Shown here: piece after piece, positions 27,292 to 39,898 of the stretch | Layout: each line of letters begins with the position of its first letter | How positions within the stretch are numbered: the first letter of the stretch is position 1 | Source of the DNA: Nitrospinota bacterium | GTDB taxonomy: Bacteria > Nitrospinota_A > UBA7883 > JACRGQ01 | Direction of reading: 5' to 3' | Assembly: GCA_016212275.1 (NCBI GenBank) | Contig: JACRGR010000032.1 | Span: 367 to 64,366, forward strand | DNA: 64,000 bases | Made by a program: the position numbers and the translations under genes | Notes under the pieces: generated by a model | What the model saw: only the letters and a program-made list of their open reading frames with translations | Database searches by the model: none | What the model was told of the DNA's origin: nothing

Positions 27292-27954
27292 CTATAAGAA
27301 ATGCTCGATTAGTTCACGCACTCCGGATATTAGCTCCCCGGCATCTTTATTATCAAATTTATCCCATTCGGCATGCAAGGCCCCGTTTCTTACACCCGCA
27401 TAGGCCTTAACTCTTTTAGCCTTTACAGGGGTGAATACTCCTATTTTGACAAGTTCATCAATTATCGGATCCAGCGTTTTGCCTGAGGGCGAAAGATCGT
27501 TCTTGGAGGCAATCTTTTTCACCGTATCCTCCAGAACTATCGCCGCAAGCACTCCAGCTTCTCGCGGTTTATTCGCTTTATGGAATGACTCAGCATGATC
27601 AAGGAAGTCATCAAGAGTGGTGGCAATTACAATGTATTCAAGTTTCCTTACCATTCCACGAGATGCTTCCTCTTTAAGAGAATTAAGAAGACCATGAAGC
27701 TTTTGGACAATTTCGAACGGAATGCCATTCTTCAAATTTTCATTAGCCATGAGACGCTTAAGCTCATCAATGTAGAAATTGTTTTGGGGAGTGATGAACT
27801 GTATGGAATTCGCAACGGAGCTTATCCAAGAATAGGTTTGGCTGATTAGATCGGGTTTAATCCAGTAACCATTGCTGCCATCACATCCGTTGGCTATTAA
27901 AGTGCTTCCTTCTGCTAGCAAGGATTCGATTCTGTCCAGCACCTCCTTTTCCAT
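27292..27954 (-). CDS. HEPN-superfamily protein (DUF4145-like)
   Basis: AGVLAAIVLED, VRNGALHA (RxxxxH); AT-rich relative to flanks. Confidence 0.75.
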   Translation of the reverse strand: MEKEVLDRIESLLAEGSTLIANGCDGSNGYWIKPDLISQTYSWISSVANSIQFITPQNNFYIDELKRLMANENLKNGIPFEIVQKLHGLLNSLKEEASRGMVRKLEYIVIATTLDDFLDHAESFHKANKPREAGVLAAIVLEDTVKKIASKNDLSPSGKTLDPIIDELVKIGVFTPVKAKRVKAYAGVRNGALHAEWDKFDNKDAGELISGVRELIEHFL

Positions 27955-28084
27955 AAACGACAGGATAGCAGAATTCCCGATTTAACAAAATTCAGGGGAC
28001 GTAACAATTGCAAAGGACTACCCTAAGAGGAGGTATCCTGCTTTTGTGGCAAGCCAAGTAAACCTCGATTTGACTCAAGTGGTG

Positions 28085-28124
28085 GGAAAAAATCGAACCC
28101 TCAAAGAGGGGTTTGGTTTTTTCC
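28085..28124 (-). terminator. Intrinsic terminator-like hairpin after mdh
   Basis: ggaaaaaatcgaaccctc-aaa-gaggggtttggttttttcc. Confidence 0.65.
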
Positions 28125-28133
28125 TGTCCTACC

Positions 28134-29066
28134 TCACACCTTCAGTTGGGAGACGGATTTTTTCACGCCGTCGGCGGACTTGTTCAACAACGCCTTTTCC
28201 TCGCCGGTCATTTCCAGTTCGATGATCTTCTCCACGCCGTTCATGCCGAGCACGCAGGGCACACCCATGAAGATGCCGTTCAGCCCGTACTCCCCTTCCA
28301 GGTACACCGGGCAGGGCAGAACGCGCTTTTTGTCGCGCACCACCGATTCCACCATCTGCGCCACGGACGAAGCCGGGGCGTAGTAGGCGCTCCCGGTCTT
28401 GAGGTACTTCACTATCTCCGCGCCGCCGTCCTGCGTGCGTTTGCACAGGTCGGCGATGCGCTCCTTGCTCATCAGTTCGGGAAGCGGAATGCCGGACACG
28501 GACGAATGGCTCGGCAGAGGCACCATGTCCTCCCCGTGGAGGCCCAGCACCATCGCCTGCACGTCGCCGTGGCTCACGCCAAGCTCCAGCGAAATGAAAT
28601 GGCGGAAACGGGTCGCGTCCAGCACGCCCGCCATGCCCACGACACGGTTCTTGGCAAGCTTCGCGTACTTCATCGCCACCCACGTCATGGTGTCCACCGG
28701 GTTGGTTACGACGATCATGAAACAGTTGGGCGAATGCGCCGAGACCTTTTCGGCCACGTCTTTCACTATCCCCGCGTTCACGTCGCGCAGGTCTTCGCGG
28801 GTCATGCCCGGTTTGCGGGGAAGGCCGGCGGTGATGACAACGATGTCGGAATCTTTCGTGTCGGCGTAATCGTTCGTGCCGGTCACGCGCATATCGAAGT
28901 TCTCCAGCGGTGCCGATTCCATCAGGTCGAGCGCCTTCCCCTGCGGGATGCCCTCCACCACGTCTATCAGCACCACGTTGCCGAGCTTTTTGTACGCGCA
29001 CAATTGGGCCGTGGTCGCGCCCACATGCCCGGCCCCGACGATCGTTATCTTCCAGCGCTTGTTCAT
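28134..29066 (-). CDS. mdh: Malate dehydrogenase (LDH-like)
   Basis: IVGAGHVG, TAGLPRKPGMTREDL, VTNPVD, GVLDATRF. Confidence 0.96.
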   Translation of the reverse strand: MNKRWKITIVGAGHVGATTAQLCAYKKLGNVVLIDVVEGIPQGKALDLMESAPLENFDMRVTGTNDYADTKDSDIVVITAGLPRKPGMTREDLRDVNAGIVKDVAEKVSAHSPNCFMIVVTNPVDTMTWVAMKYAKLAKNRVVGMAGVLDATRFRHFISLELGVSHGDVQAMVLGLHGEDMVPLPSHSSVSGIPLPELMSKERIADLCKRTQDGGAEIVKYLKTGSAYYAPASSVAQMVESVVRDKKRVLPCPVYLEGEYGLNGIFMGVPCVLGMNGVEKIIELEMTGEEKALLNKSADGVKKSVSQLKV

Positions 29067-29086
29067 TGCAATCTTCCCCTAATAAA

Positions 29087-31594
<2,508 letters not shown>

Positions 31595-31620
31595 TTACCC
31601 TTTAATGTTTTGGTTGTTCC

Positions 31621-33534
31621 TTACTTCGCCTGCTTCGCCAAACCCAAGGCGCCGCCCGCGCGTACCTGATCCTTTTCCCGGTCCGAAAGCTTGTGCTTCA
31701 CCGGAATATCCAGGCCCTTCGTTTCGTTGCGCACCACGATGTCGTCGTTCTCCACGTTCCCCACCACGATGGTCAGCTTGTCCCCCTGGGCGATCTTGTC
31801 GTAATCCGCTTCGTGGAGGAAGGTGAACGGGATGATGCCAAAGTTGACGAGGTTCGAGCGGTGGATGCGGGCGAACGCCTTGGCGATGACCGCTTTCACG
31901 CCCAGCGACATGGGTGCCAGCGCCGCGTGCTCGCGGCTGGAGCCTTGCCCGTAGTTCTGCCCGCCGACGATGAAACCGCCGCCCGCCGCTTGCGCGCGGT
32001 CGTGGAATTTCGGGTCCACCGGGGCGAACACATGCTTGGAAATTTCGGGGATGTTGGAGCGCAGGGGCAGTATCTTGGCCCCCGCCGGCATGATGTGGTC
32101 GGTGGTGATGTTGTCGCCCACCTTCAAAAGCACCTCGCCGGACAGCGTGGGCTGGAGCGGCTTGGTTTCGGGGAGCGGCTTGATGTTCGGGCCGCGCACC
32201 ACTTCCACCGGTTTTTTGGCCGGCTTGATGACCATGTTGTCCGCCACGGGGTAGCTCTTGGGCTGGATGGTTTTCGGCGCGGTCTTGCCCAGCTTGCGCG
32301 GGTCGGTCAGTTCACCGGTGAGCGCCGCCGCGATGCAGGTCTCCACGCTGGCGAGGTATACCTGCGCGTCCTTGGTGCCGGAACGTCCGGTGAAATTGCG
32401 GTTGAACGAGCGGACCGAAACGGCCCCGCTGTTCGGCGCGAAGCCCATGCCTATGCACGGGCCGCACCCGGATTCCAGTATGCGCGCGCCGGACGCGATG
32501 ATGTCCTTCAGCGCGCCGTTGGCGGAGATCATCTCGTACACCTGTTTACTGCCGGGGGCCACCGCCAGCGAAAGCCCCGGATGCACGCTCTTGCCTTTCA
32601 GCATTCCCGCCACCGTCATCAGGTCCTTGAACGACGAATTGGTGCAGGAGCCAACGGCCACCTGCGAAACCTTGGTGCCTTTCAGGCCTCTCACTTCGGT
32701 CACGTTGTCCGGGCTGTGCGGCTGGGCAACCAGCGGCTCCAGCTTGCCCAGGTCAATTTCCACCACTTGGTCGTAGGTGGCGTCGGCGTCGGCGGACAGC
32801 GCCTTGAAGGCTTTGCCGCGCTTTTGCGCCGTGAGGAACTTTTTGGTCACATCATCGGACGGAAACACCGAGGTGGTGGCGCCCAGTTCCGCCCCCATGT
32901 TGGTGATGGTGGCGCGCTCCGGCACCGAAAGCGTTTTCACGCCCGGTCCGGTGTACTCGATGACCTTGCCCACGCCGCCTTTCACCGTGAGTTTCCGCAG
33001 GACTTCCAATATCACGTCCTTGCCCGCCACCCACGGCCGGAGTTTGCCGGTGAGTTTCACGTTCACGACGAACGGCATGTTCAAGGAAAACGGCTGTCCC
33101 GCCATCGCCAGCGCCACGTCAAGGCCGCCCGCGCCAATCGCTATCATGCCGATGCCGCCTTGCGTGGGGGTGTGGCTGTCCGACCCCAAAAGGGTGCCGC
33201 CCGGCTGGCCGAACCGCTCCAGGTGTACCTGGTGACAAATGCCGTTACCGGGGCGTGAGAAATACAGGCCGTACTTCGCCGCGACGGTCTGCAAATAGAT
33301 GTGGTCGTCAGCGTTCTTAAAGTCGTCCTGGAGCATGTTATGGTCAACGTAACTGACTGAAAGTTTTGTTTTTACACGCGGAACACCCATCGCCTCGAAC
33401 TGGAGATAGGCCATGGTGCCGGTGGCGTCTTGCGTCAGCGTTTGGTCAATGCGGATGGCAATTTCCTTACCAGCCACCATTTCGCCGGATACGAGATGAG
33501 CTTTCAGGATTTTTTGGGTTAGGTTAAGACCCAT
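31621..33534 (-). CDS. acn: Aconitate hydratase (short ~640-aa type)
   Basis: DQTLTQDATG, GSDSHT, GSCTNSS, CGPCIG, TTDHI, YGQGSSREHAA; start trimmed to MGLNLTQK. Confidence 0.95.
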   Translation of the reverse strand: MGLNLTQKILKAHLVSGEMVAGKEIAIRIDQTLTQDATGTMAYLQFEAMGVPRVKTKLSVSYVDHNMLQDDFKNADDHIYLQTVAAKYGLYFSRPGNGICHQVHLERFGQPGGTLLGSDSHTPTQGGIGMIAIGAGGLDVALAMAGQPFSLNMPFVVNVKLTGKLRPWVAGKDVILEVLRKLTVKGGVGKVIEYTGPGVKTLSVPERATITNMGAELGATTSVFPSDDVTKKFLTAQKRGKAFKALSADADATYDQVVEIDLGKLEPLVAQPHSPDNVTEVRGLKGTKVSQVAVGSCTNSSFKDLMTVAGMLKGKSVHPGLSLAVAPGSKQVYEMISANGALKDIIASGARILESGCGPCIGMGFAPNSGAVSVRSFNRNFTGRSGTKDAQVYLASVETCIAAALTGELTDPRKLGKTAPKTIQPKSYPVADNMVIKPAKKPVEVVRGPNIKPLPETKPLQPTLSGEVLLKVGDNITTDHIMPAGAKILPLRSNIPEISKHVFAPVDPKFHDRAQAAGGGFIVGGQNYGQGSSREHAALAPMSLGVKAVIAKAFARIHRSNLVNFGIIPFTFLHEADYDKIAQGDKLTIVVGNVENDDIVVRNETKGLDIPVKHKLSDREKDQVRAGGALGLAKQAK

Positions 33535-33694
33535 TTGTATTCCCCCCTTGGTTGTTTTACCTCTCATTTTTGTACCGCGCCGCCCGCCTCTCTCAAAGGC
33601 GGCTTTAGCCCGGAAAGGATAACAGATTGCCAATTGAAAATAAACAGTTTTTGGATGCACGGAAAAGAGGGAATATGGATGGAAATTCAGCGCA

Positions 33695-34156
33695 TCAAGG
33701 AAGTGTTTTTTCGAACTGGAAGGCCGGTTTTCCGCGCCCGTAGTAATGCTTGAGCGTCTTCATGTTGCGGTAGCCGTGCTTTTGGTAAAACGCGATGGCC
33801 GGGTGATTCTCCACCGCCGTTTGCAAAACGACCTTTTGGGCGCCGCGCTTGATGAGCGCCTCTTCCGCCAGTGCAATAAGCCTGCTCCCGATCCCCTTGG
33901 CGCGCCATTCCGGCAGAAGGTCAATAGTCACGATCAGCCCTTCGTCCCGTTTTTCCATCGCGGTCATCACGAAGCCGATGATCCGCCCGTTCTCTTCCGC
34001 CACGAACGCCGGGTCGCGATGCACCAGCATGTGAAAATAGAACACGTCCACCGCGTAGGCGATGCCGGGGTCGAAGCAGACCTGGTCAATCTCCCACATC
34101 CGCTGGATGTCCGGCGATGCCGCCGGACGGAAGGCTATTTTGCCGCTGACATCCAT
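33695..34156 (-). CDS. GNAT acetyltransferase (RimI-like)
   Basis: EWRAKGIG, NHPAIAFYQKHGY, HYYG. Confidence 0.88.
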   Translation of the reverse strand: MDVSGKIAFRPAASPDIQRMWEIDQVCFDPGIAYAVDVFYFHMLVHRDPAFVAEENGRIIGFVMTAMEKRDEGLIVTIDLLPEWRAKGIGSRLIALAEEALIKRGAQKVVLQTAVENHPAIAFYQKHGYRNMKTLKHYYGRGKPAFQFEKTLP

Positions 34157-34186
34157 ACCCTATCCCTTTCACTGCCTTTCATTTCT

Positions 34187-34317
34187 GGTAGGTGCGAATT
34201 CATTCGCACCGGGTGCGACTAAAGTCGCACCTACCAAGGAAAATGGGATTCTCGGCAGGTACGATTTTAATCGCACCCCTCCCCCGAACCACTGGTGCGA
34301 ATGAATTCGCACCTACC
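34187..34317. repeat. GTAG-type REP cluster (four palindromic units)
   Basis: ggtaggtgcgaattcattcgcacc, ggtgcgactaaagtcgcacctacc, ggcaggtacgattttaatcgcacc, ggtgcgaatgaattcgcacctacc. Confidence 0.88.
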
Positions 34318-35013
34318 AGTGGCATCGGTAATGGTTTTCAACAGATTTTCAGTTTCACCTTTTACCCTATCCATTACACCATTACTTACCGTGGACAATG
34401 GTAGCGGGTTACGGCCGTTGTGAAACATCTGCCACAAGGCTTCATAAAATCCCTGCAAGGATCCCACGAGTTGTTCAAGTTCAATGATATTTGTATTCTT
34501 AAAAAGCGCCTCAACATCACGTTCATGGTCACTATGGGCAAATACTTTGTGTCTAATGGGTTGGTACTTCCCAAAGACTTCCTTCAACCTGTTTAAAAGT
34601 TCTTCTAGTTCGTCGAAATCCTTTTTACTAGGCACATGCACATCGGAAAGATATGCCCGCAGGTTTTCTTCACTGATATTGTCCCTTCGTTTTCTTTCCG
34701 CAAGCGAGTCCTTTGAAAAAATCACTTGGTTCTTCCGGGCATACTCTAATAACTTTTCAATACTGTGAGATCTTGAATCAGGATCAAAAACCCTTCCGAG
34801 CGCAATGAAAAAGGAGGTTTGAAGCGCCCCCATCACCGTCTTCCAGAAATGAGGAGCTTTATTAATCGCATTCAATAAGTCACTATCGCTGGCCGCGGTC
34901 GCATCAACAGTCAATGAAATTTGAAAAAACTGGAGACATGATTCTAAATCCACGCTGAACACTTCTAGCTTTTCTAGAAATTCTTCTTCAGCGGACATTT
35001 TCTTTTCAGCCAT
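34267..35013 (-). CDS. AbiU2-like HEPN protein
   Basis: FFIALGRVFD, IRHKVFAH (R-x5-H); AT-rich; C-terminus reads into the REP. Confidence 0.75.
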   Translation of the reverse strand: MAEKKMSAEEEFLEKLEVFSVDLESCLQFFQISLTVDATAASDSDLLNAINKAPHFWKTVMGALQTSFFIALGRVFDPDSRSHSIEKLLEYARKNQVIFSKDSLAERKRRDNISEENLRAYLSDVHVPSKKDFDELEELLNRLKEVFGKYQPIRHKVFAHSDHERDVEALFKNTNIIELEQLVGSLQGFYEALWQMFHNGRNPLPLSTVSNGVMDRVKGETENLLKTITDATGRCEFIRTSGSGEGCD

Positions 35014-35054
35014 CTAAACCCTGCCTGGCAATTTACCCCTCTGTGTCTCTGTGG

Positions 35055-36101
35055 CTACTCCGCCTTCGCCAGGCGCTCATGCACATAGGTAGGCGTGATG
35101 GCAAGCGTTTGGCCGCGCATGTTCGGCGCGTCGAACAGGTGGTCGTGCAGTACCTCTTCCATCAGCCCCCGCAGGCCGCGCGCCCCCACCTTGCGTTTTT
35201 GGCATTCCGCCACCATGGCCTTCAGCGCCTCAACTTCAAATACCAATTCGATGTCGTCCGCCTTCATCAGTTCCTTGTACTGGTTCACCAGCGAATCGGG
35301 CGGCTCGGTAAGCACGCGGAGCAGGTCTTCGGGCGAAAGCTCGTCCATCCGCACCATCACCGGCAATCGCCCCAACAGTTCCGGTATCATGCCGTGGCGC
35401 GTCAGGTCTTCGTTGGTGATTTTTTTGAACCGCGCTTTTTCCGGCAGTCCCTTGGTGGAGAACCCCGGCGGGTTCGGTATCTTTTCCGCCCTCAAATCGG
35501 AAAACGTCCCGGCGCAGATGAACAGGATGTTCGTGGTGTCCAGAAGGACGAAATCGTGCTTGTTCCAGTGCTGAGTCACGTTTTCGGGGATGTACATCTT
35601 CTGCCCTTCCAGCATCCGCAGGAGCGATTGCTGGACCCCTTCGCCGCCGATGTCTCGCCCGCCCGATCCGGTGCGCCCGTGATCGCTTTTGCGGGCCACC
35701 TTGTCTATCTCGTCAATGAAGATGATGCCCATCTCTGCCAGCGCCACGTTCCCCCCGGCGCGCTGGAGCAGTTCGCCCGCCATCACTTCCACATCCTTGC
35801 CGTAGTAGCCCGCCTCGGTGTACTCGGTGGCGTCGGCAATGGCGAACGGAAGTTCCAGAATCTCCGCCAGCCGCCGCGCGAGGTACGTCTTGCCGCACCC
35901 GGTGGGGCCGATGAGGAGCACGTTCGATTTTTTCACGATGCCGCTTTTTTTCAGACCGGGGTGGCTGATCCGCTTGATGTGCTGGTACGCGGCGATGGCG
36001 ACGGCCCTTTTTGCCTTTTCCTGCCCGACGACGTAGCGGTCGAGGTGCTTGTATATCTGTTCGGGGGTCAGCTCAACCGGCGTGGGCTTTTGCTTTTTCA
36101 T
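35055..36101 (-). CDS. clpX: ClpX-family AAA+ ATPase lacking the N-terminal zinc-binding domain
   Basis: YVVGQEKAK, KSNVLLIGPTGCGKT, DEIDK, GEGVQQSLL, GARGLR; start trimmed to MKKQKP. Confidence 0.88.
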   Translation of the reverse strand: MKKQKPTPVELTPEQIYKHLDRYVVGQEKAKRAVAIAAYQHIKRISHPGLKKSGIVKKSNVLLIGPTGCGKTYLARRLAEILELPFAIADATEYTEAGYYGKDVEVMAGELLQRAGGNVALAEMGIIFIDEIDKVARKSDHGRTGSGGRDIGGEGVQQSLLRMLEGQKMYIPENVTQHWNKHDFVLLDTTNILFICAGTFSDLRAEKIPNPPGFSTKGLPEKARFKKITNEDLTRHGMIPELLGRLPVMVRMDELSPEDLLRVLTEPPDSLVNQYKELMKADDIELVFEVEALKAMVAECQKRKVGARGLRGLMEEVLHDHLFDAPNMRGQTLAITPTYVHERLAKAE

Positions 36102-36354
36102 GGGGATATTATCCCCCTTTTCCCCACCGGTTCCAAAATTTCCGCGCTGTTCCGGCGCCCCGTTTTGCAGACCGCTAATAAGTGGCTCCCAAGCTTGATG
36201 AGGAAAAATGTTGTTCAACTGCCCGCCATATCGGGAGCAGTAATTTGACTTACTTTCTGTAGGAATATATTATTACACTTATTCCGGAAAGACGTTGCAC
36301 AGGGGTCATCCGGAAAATATTTGTTCAGTTGGCAAAAATATTTTTGGAGGACTT

Positions 36355-36897
36355 ATGAATATTTCGGGACGTTTTCTAGCAATTTTAACGCTCGGCCTGG
36401 CTCTCGTCCTCCCGGCTCAGGCATTTGCCGATGTGGGCATCCAACTCCGGGTTCCGTATCAAGCATCGGCCAACGATACCAAGGTTGGCAGCGCCATGGG
36501 ATCCGGCATTTTGATCTCTTTCGACCTTGATGCCAACACCTCGGTCGGACTTCTTTCGGAGCAGGTATCTTTCACTGAAAAACCGGCCGCCGCTGGCGCG
36601 GTTGACGTAAACAGCACCTATATGGTGAACGCCATCCGCCTGAGCAAGTTCGTCAACGAATTGTATTACGCGGCGGTGGATCTCGGCTCCGGCACGAACG
36701 CGGTGGCGCAGGCCCCTTTGGCGGATATCGTATTTGGTACGCACATCACCGGAACAAAGGGGGGAAAGATGACGTCGTTTTTTGCCGGTGAATTGATGTA
36801 CCGGATGTTCAATCCGGGAAAAACGATGGTCGCCGGTGGTTCCGCCACCAACTACGGCGGTGTGGTTTTGGCCATCAGCGCCGGACTCTCGTTCTAA
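36355..36897 (+). CDS. Exported small beta-barrel-like protein
   Basis: GGAGG SD, signal peptide ending AQAFA, alternating strands, C-terminal GLSF. Confidence 0.78.
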   Translation: MNISGRFLAILTLGLALVLPAQAFADVGIQLRVPYQASANDTKVGSAMGSGILISFDLDANTSVGLLSEQVSFTEKPAAAGAVDVNSTYMVNAIRLSKFVNELYYAAVDLGSGTNAVAQAPLADIVFGTHITGTKGGKMTSFFAGELMYRMFNPGKTMVAGGSATNYGGVVLAISAGLSF

Positions 36898-36916
36898 ATA
36901 TAATTTAATTTCCGCG

Positions 36917-36960
36917 GTTATTGGGGGTTCTCCTGCAACCTCAGGGGATTCCCCAATGGC
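36917..36960 (+). terminator. Long stem-loop after the beta-barrel gene
   Basis: gttattgggggttctcctg-caacct-caggggattccccaatggc; no U-tract. Confidence 0.45.
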
Positions 36961-37143
36961 CTCCAATTCCGCGCCACGACATGCCGGACACAACCCGGTG
37001 CAAATCGATCGCCATACATTCCCCCCGCCGCGGATTTTTCCCGTTTTATGATGATCGCGAACCTCCGCCTCAAGTCCCTAAAAAGTACGGAAACCCAAGA
37101 CACGGAAGAATCCTCCTGAAGATGCGCGGGCCAAGCCAACCGG

Positions 37144-37917
37144 CTATGCGCGGGCGGCTACGGCGCAGATGACGGACTTCGCGCCCGCTTTCTTCAGCGT
37201 TTTCGCCGCTTCCGCAAGCGTGGCGCCGGTGGTCATTATGTCGTCCACCAGTATCACGGTATTGCCTTCCACCATCTCCGGGCGCGCGACAGCGAACGCC
37301 CCCTTGATGCTCTTCAGCCGTTCTGCCCGCGTTTGCTTCGATTGCGGATCGGTGTACTTCGCCCGGATCAAAACCCCCGTTTCGACGGGGAGCGAAAGCG
37401 CCATTCCCACCTCTTCCGCCAGCAGGAACGATTGGTTATAGCCCCGCGCATAGATACGCTTGCGGTGCAGGGGAACCGGAATAACAATAATATACGCCGC
37501 CTGCGCATGAAGCTTCGCGTACAGCCGGGCGCACAGCGTGGAAGCGAGAAATCGGCTCAGCCCGGTCTTTCCCTGGAACTTGAACCGGTGAACAAGCTCG
37601 CGCGTTTTGCCGCCGTACCCCATGCCGCTCACCGTCAGATCGAACGGCGGGAGGGAGATCCGGCAATCGCCGCACAGCAGTATCCCCGCTCCGGCCACCT
37701 CGCCATCTATCGGCATGGCGCAGGCCAGGCACGCATGCTCCGCCGGTTGCACCAGCCCTTCCTTGCATTGGGGACAAATGCCGAAAAGCTCTTCAGCGGG
37801 GAGCGGCGCTTTGCACACGGCGCACGACGCGGGGAACACGATGCCCGAAAAAGCGTCCCAAATGTTTTTCAATACCGCTTTGGGATTTCCGGGCATCGTC
37901 ACCTCATTTGGTAGCAA
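37144..37917 (-). CDS. comF: ComF family protein
   Basis: Double zinc ribbon CAVC/CPQC/CLAC/CGDC, PVPLH, RGYNQS, LVDDIMTTGAT; start may be ATG 37896. Confidence 0.92.
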   Translation of the reverse strand: MLPNEVTMPGNPKAVLKNIWDAFSGIVFPASCAVCKAPLPAEELFGICPQCKEGLVQPAEHACLACAMPIDGEVAGAGILLCGDCRISLPPFDLTVSGMGYGGKTRELVHRFKFQGKTGLSRFLASTLCARLYAKLHAQAAYIIVIPVPLHRKRIYARGYNQSFLLAEEVGMALSLPVETGVLIRAKYTDPQSKQTRAERLKSIKGAFAVARPEMVEGNTVILVDDIMTTGATLAEAAKTLKKAGAKSVICAVAARA

Positions 37918-38023
37918 CGGCCTTTAGGCTGTTGTTGCCTCCCCACAGAGGCAAGACTCATTGCCCCGCCGGGACAATATATACCCTGAAGGGTGTACCT
38001 ATCGGCAAACGGGCCTGCCAAAC

Positions 38024-38734
38024 CTACTCTCCCGCGGGGGGAGGCGGGGGCTGTTGCAACGACGGATGGCGCGAAAGGAACGTCTTGATGTCCTGCTTGA
38101 TCTGGTCGGTGGCCTGTAGCCACTCCAGCCCGTAATCCCCCTGCCCGTCCTCGGCGATGGAAACGCGCCGCACGATGGAAAACATCTCCACGTTGCGCGG
38201 CTCCTTGGTATGCGAAAGGTTCACGAACACCCGCACCTTGTCCCCCTTCGTCAATTGAACCTTCGAGAAAAGACTGCATCCGCCGTCGCTCAGGTCCGTG
38301 ATGATGCCCATGCCGGTGGTATCGCGCGGGACCAGCACGTTGTCCCGCTTGCGCAGGATGATGGGGGTGGACATCCGGATGAACAGCCGCTTGGTGCCGC
38401 GCACGAAGCCAGGCTCTTCCTTGTCCGGGAATGAAATAATGACTCCCGGCAGTTTTTTCTGGAGGAGCCGCACGGGGAAAATGTTGACCGGCCCCTGCAT
38501 GGAGAACACGCGGAGCTTGCAGTATTCGTATTTGGGGGGCACGTTCACCAGCCCCTGGTACGGTTTTTTTATCTTGATGAGCACATATTCACCGATGCGC
38601 ATTTCGATGATCTCGGCTTCGTATTTGTGCTCGTCGAACTCGAAGAACATGTTCTTCGCGTTGTTCAGGATATTGTAGATGGGCCGGTAATCCGTTCCCT
38701 CCGGCACATTGCCGTTCTTCGCCTCTTCCGCCAT
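38024..38734 (-). CDS. PilZ-domain (flagellar-brake-like) protein
   Basis: RGTKR and DLSDGG c-di-GMP motifs. Confidence 0.85.
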   Translation of the reverse strand: MAEEAKNGNVPEGTDYRPIYNILNNAKNMFFEFDEHKYEAEIIEMRIGEYVLIKIKKPYQGLVNVPPKYEYCKLRVFSMQGPVNIFPVRLLQKKLPGVIISFPDKEEPGFVRGTKRLFIRMSTPIILRKRDNVLVPRDTTGMGIITDLSDGGCSLFSKVQLTKGDKVRVFVNLSHTKEPRNVEMFSIVRRVSIAEDGQGDYGLEWLQATDQIKQDIKTFLSRHPSLQQPPPPPAGE

Positions 38735-38770
38735 TATTCCCCTTTCCCGTTTTCCGCGCCGATTATAGCA

Positions 38771-39823
38771 TTACCCGGCGATCCCGTTTTTCCCTTCTTC
38801 TTCCGCCGCGGCGCGGTGCCGCTCCACGCGGGCCGCCTTCACCGCCGCATGAACCTGGCGCACCAACGGCTCCATCCCCTCCCCCGCCACGCTGGAGATG
38901 GCAAGCACCGTAAACCCCTTTTCCTCGAACATCCTCTTCAACGGTTCCAGCGGGGCGCGGTCATGCAGGGAATCGATCTTCGTCAATAGAACGAACATCC
39001 GCCGCTCCAATAGGCCGGGATCGAAGCTGGCCAGCTCGTTCTCTATCACGGTGAAATCGCGCAATACGCGCTCCGGATCCGGGTCGCTCACGTCTATCAG
39101 GTGGCACAGCACCGCCGTGCGCTCGATGTGCTTCAGGAACCGGATGCCCAACCCCTTGCCGCCGTGCGCCCCCTCGATGAGTCCCGGCATGTCCGCCATC
39201 ACGAAAGAATCGTTGTCCGCTTGCACCACGCCGATCTTCGGCGAGAGCGTGGTGAACGGGTAATCGGCGATCTTCGGCTTGGCGGCCGTCAGGCGCGAGA
39301 TGAGCGTGCTCTTCCCGGCGTTCGGCAGGCCGATGATCCCCACGTCGGCCAGCAGGCGCAGTTCCAGGTGCAATTTGCGCCCGTCGCCCGGCATGCCGGG
39401 CTGGGCGAATTTCGGCGCCTGCATGGTGGACGACTTGAAAAATGCGTTCCCCTTGCCGCCGATGCCCCCTTTGGCGGCGATGAACTTCTGGCCGTCCTCC
39501 ACGAGGTCGGCCACCGTCTCGCCGGTTCCGGAATCTTTTATCAGCGTGCCGGGGGGGACCGGCAGTACCAGGTCTTCGCCGTCCTTGCCGTGGCAGTTGG
39601 ACCCCATGCCGTATCCGCCGCGCTGGGCCTCGAACTCCCGTTTGAAGCGGAACTTCAGCAGGGTGCTTTCGCCCCGGTCGGCCACGAAAATAACGTCGCC
39701 GCCTTTGCCGCCGTCGCCGCCGTCCGGCCCGCCGCGATCAACATACTTCTCGCGCCGCCAGCTCACGGCCCCCGCGCCGCCGTCGCCGGCCTTGATGGAT
39801 AATTCCGCCTCATCTATGAACAT
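38771..39823 (-). CDS. obgE: GTPase ObgE/CgtA
   Basis: MFIDEA, GGPDGGDGGKGG, GLPNAGKST, DYPFTT, DMPG, TKID. Confidence 0.98.
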   Translation of the reverse strand: MFIDEAELSIKAGDGGAGAVSWRREKYVDRGGPDGGDGGKGGDVIFVADRGESTLLKFRFKREFEAQRGGYGMGSNCHGKDGEDLVLPVPPGTLIKDSGTGETVADLVEDGQKFIAAKGGIGGKGNAFFKSSTMQAPKFAQPGMPGDGRKLHLELRLLADVGIIGLPNAGKSTLISRLTAAKPKIADYPFTTLSPKIGVVQADNDSFVMADMPGLIEGAHGGKGLGIRFLKHIERTAVLCHLIDVSDPDPERVLRDFTVIENELASFDPGLLERRMFVLLTKIDSLHDRAPLEPLKRMFEEKGFTVLAISSVAGEGMEPLVRQVHAAVKAARVERHRAAAEEEGKNGIAG

Positions 39824-39898
39824 GGCGGAATTGTAGCAGGTTTGAGCACCCGCCCACTCATCTTTCCGATATAATTTCCGAAATAGAATGGAAGAGCA

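Noticed and set aside
34187-34317. Repeats as a CRISPR array
   Set aside because: Units alternate in orientation, have no regular unique spacers and no cas genes are present; they fit GTAG REPs
37899-37961. 20-codon upstream ORF (MSLASVGRQQQPKGRCYQMR) before comF
   Set aside because: Too short, with no evidence beyond position; may be chance
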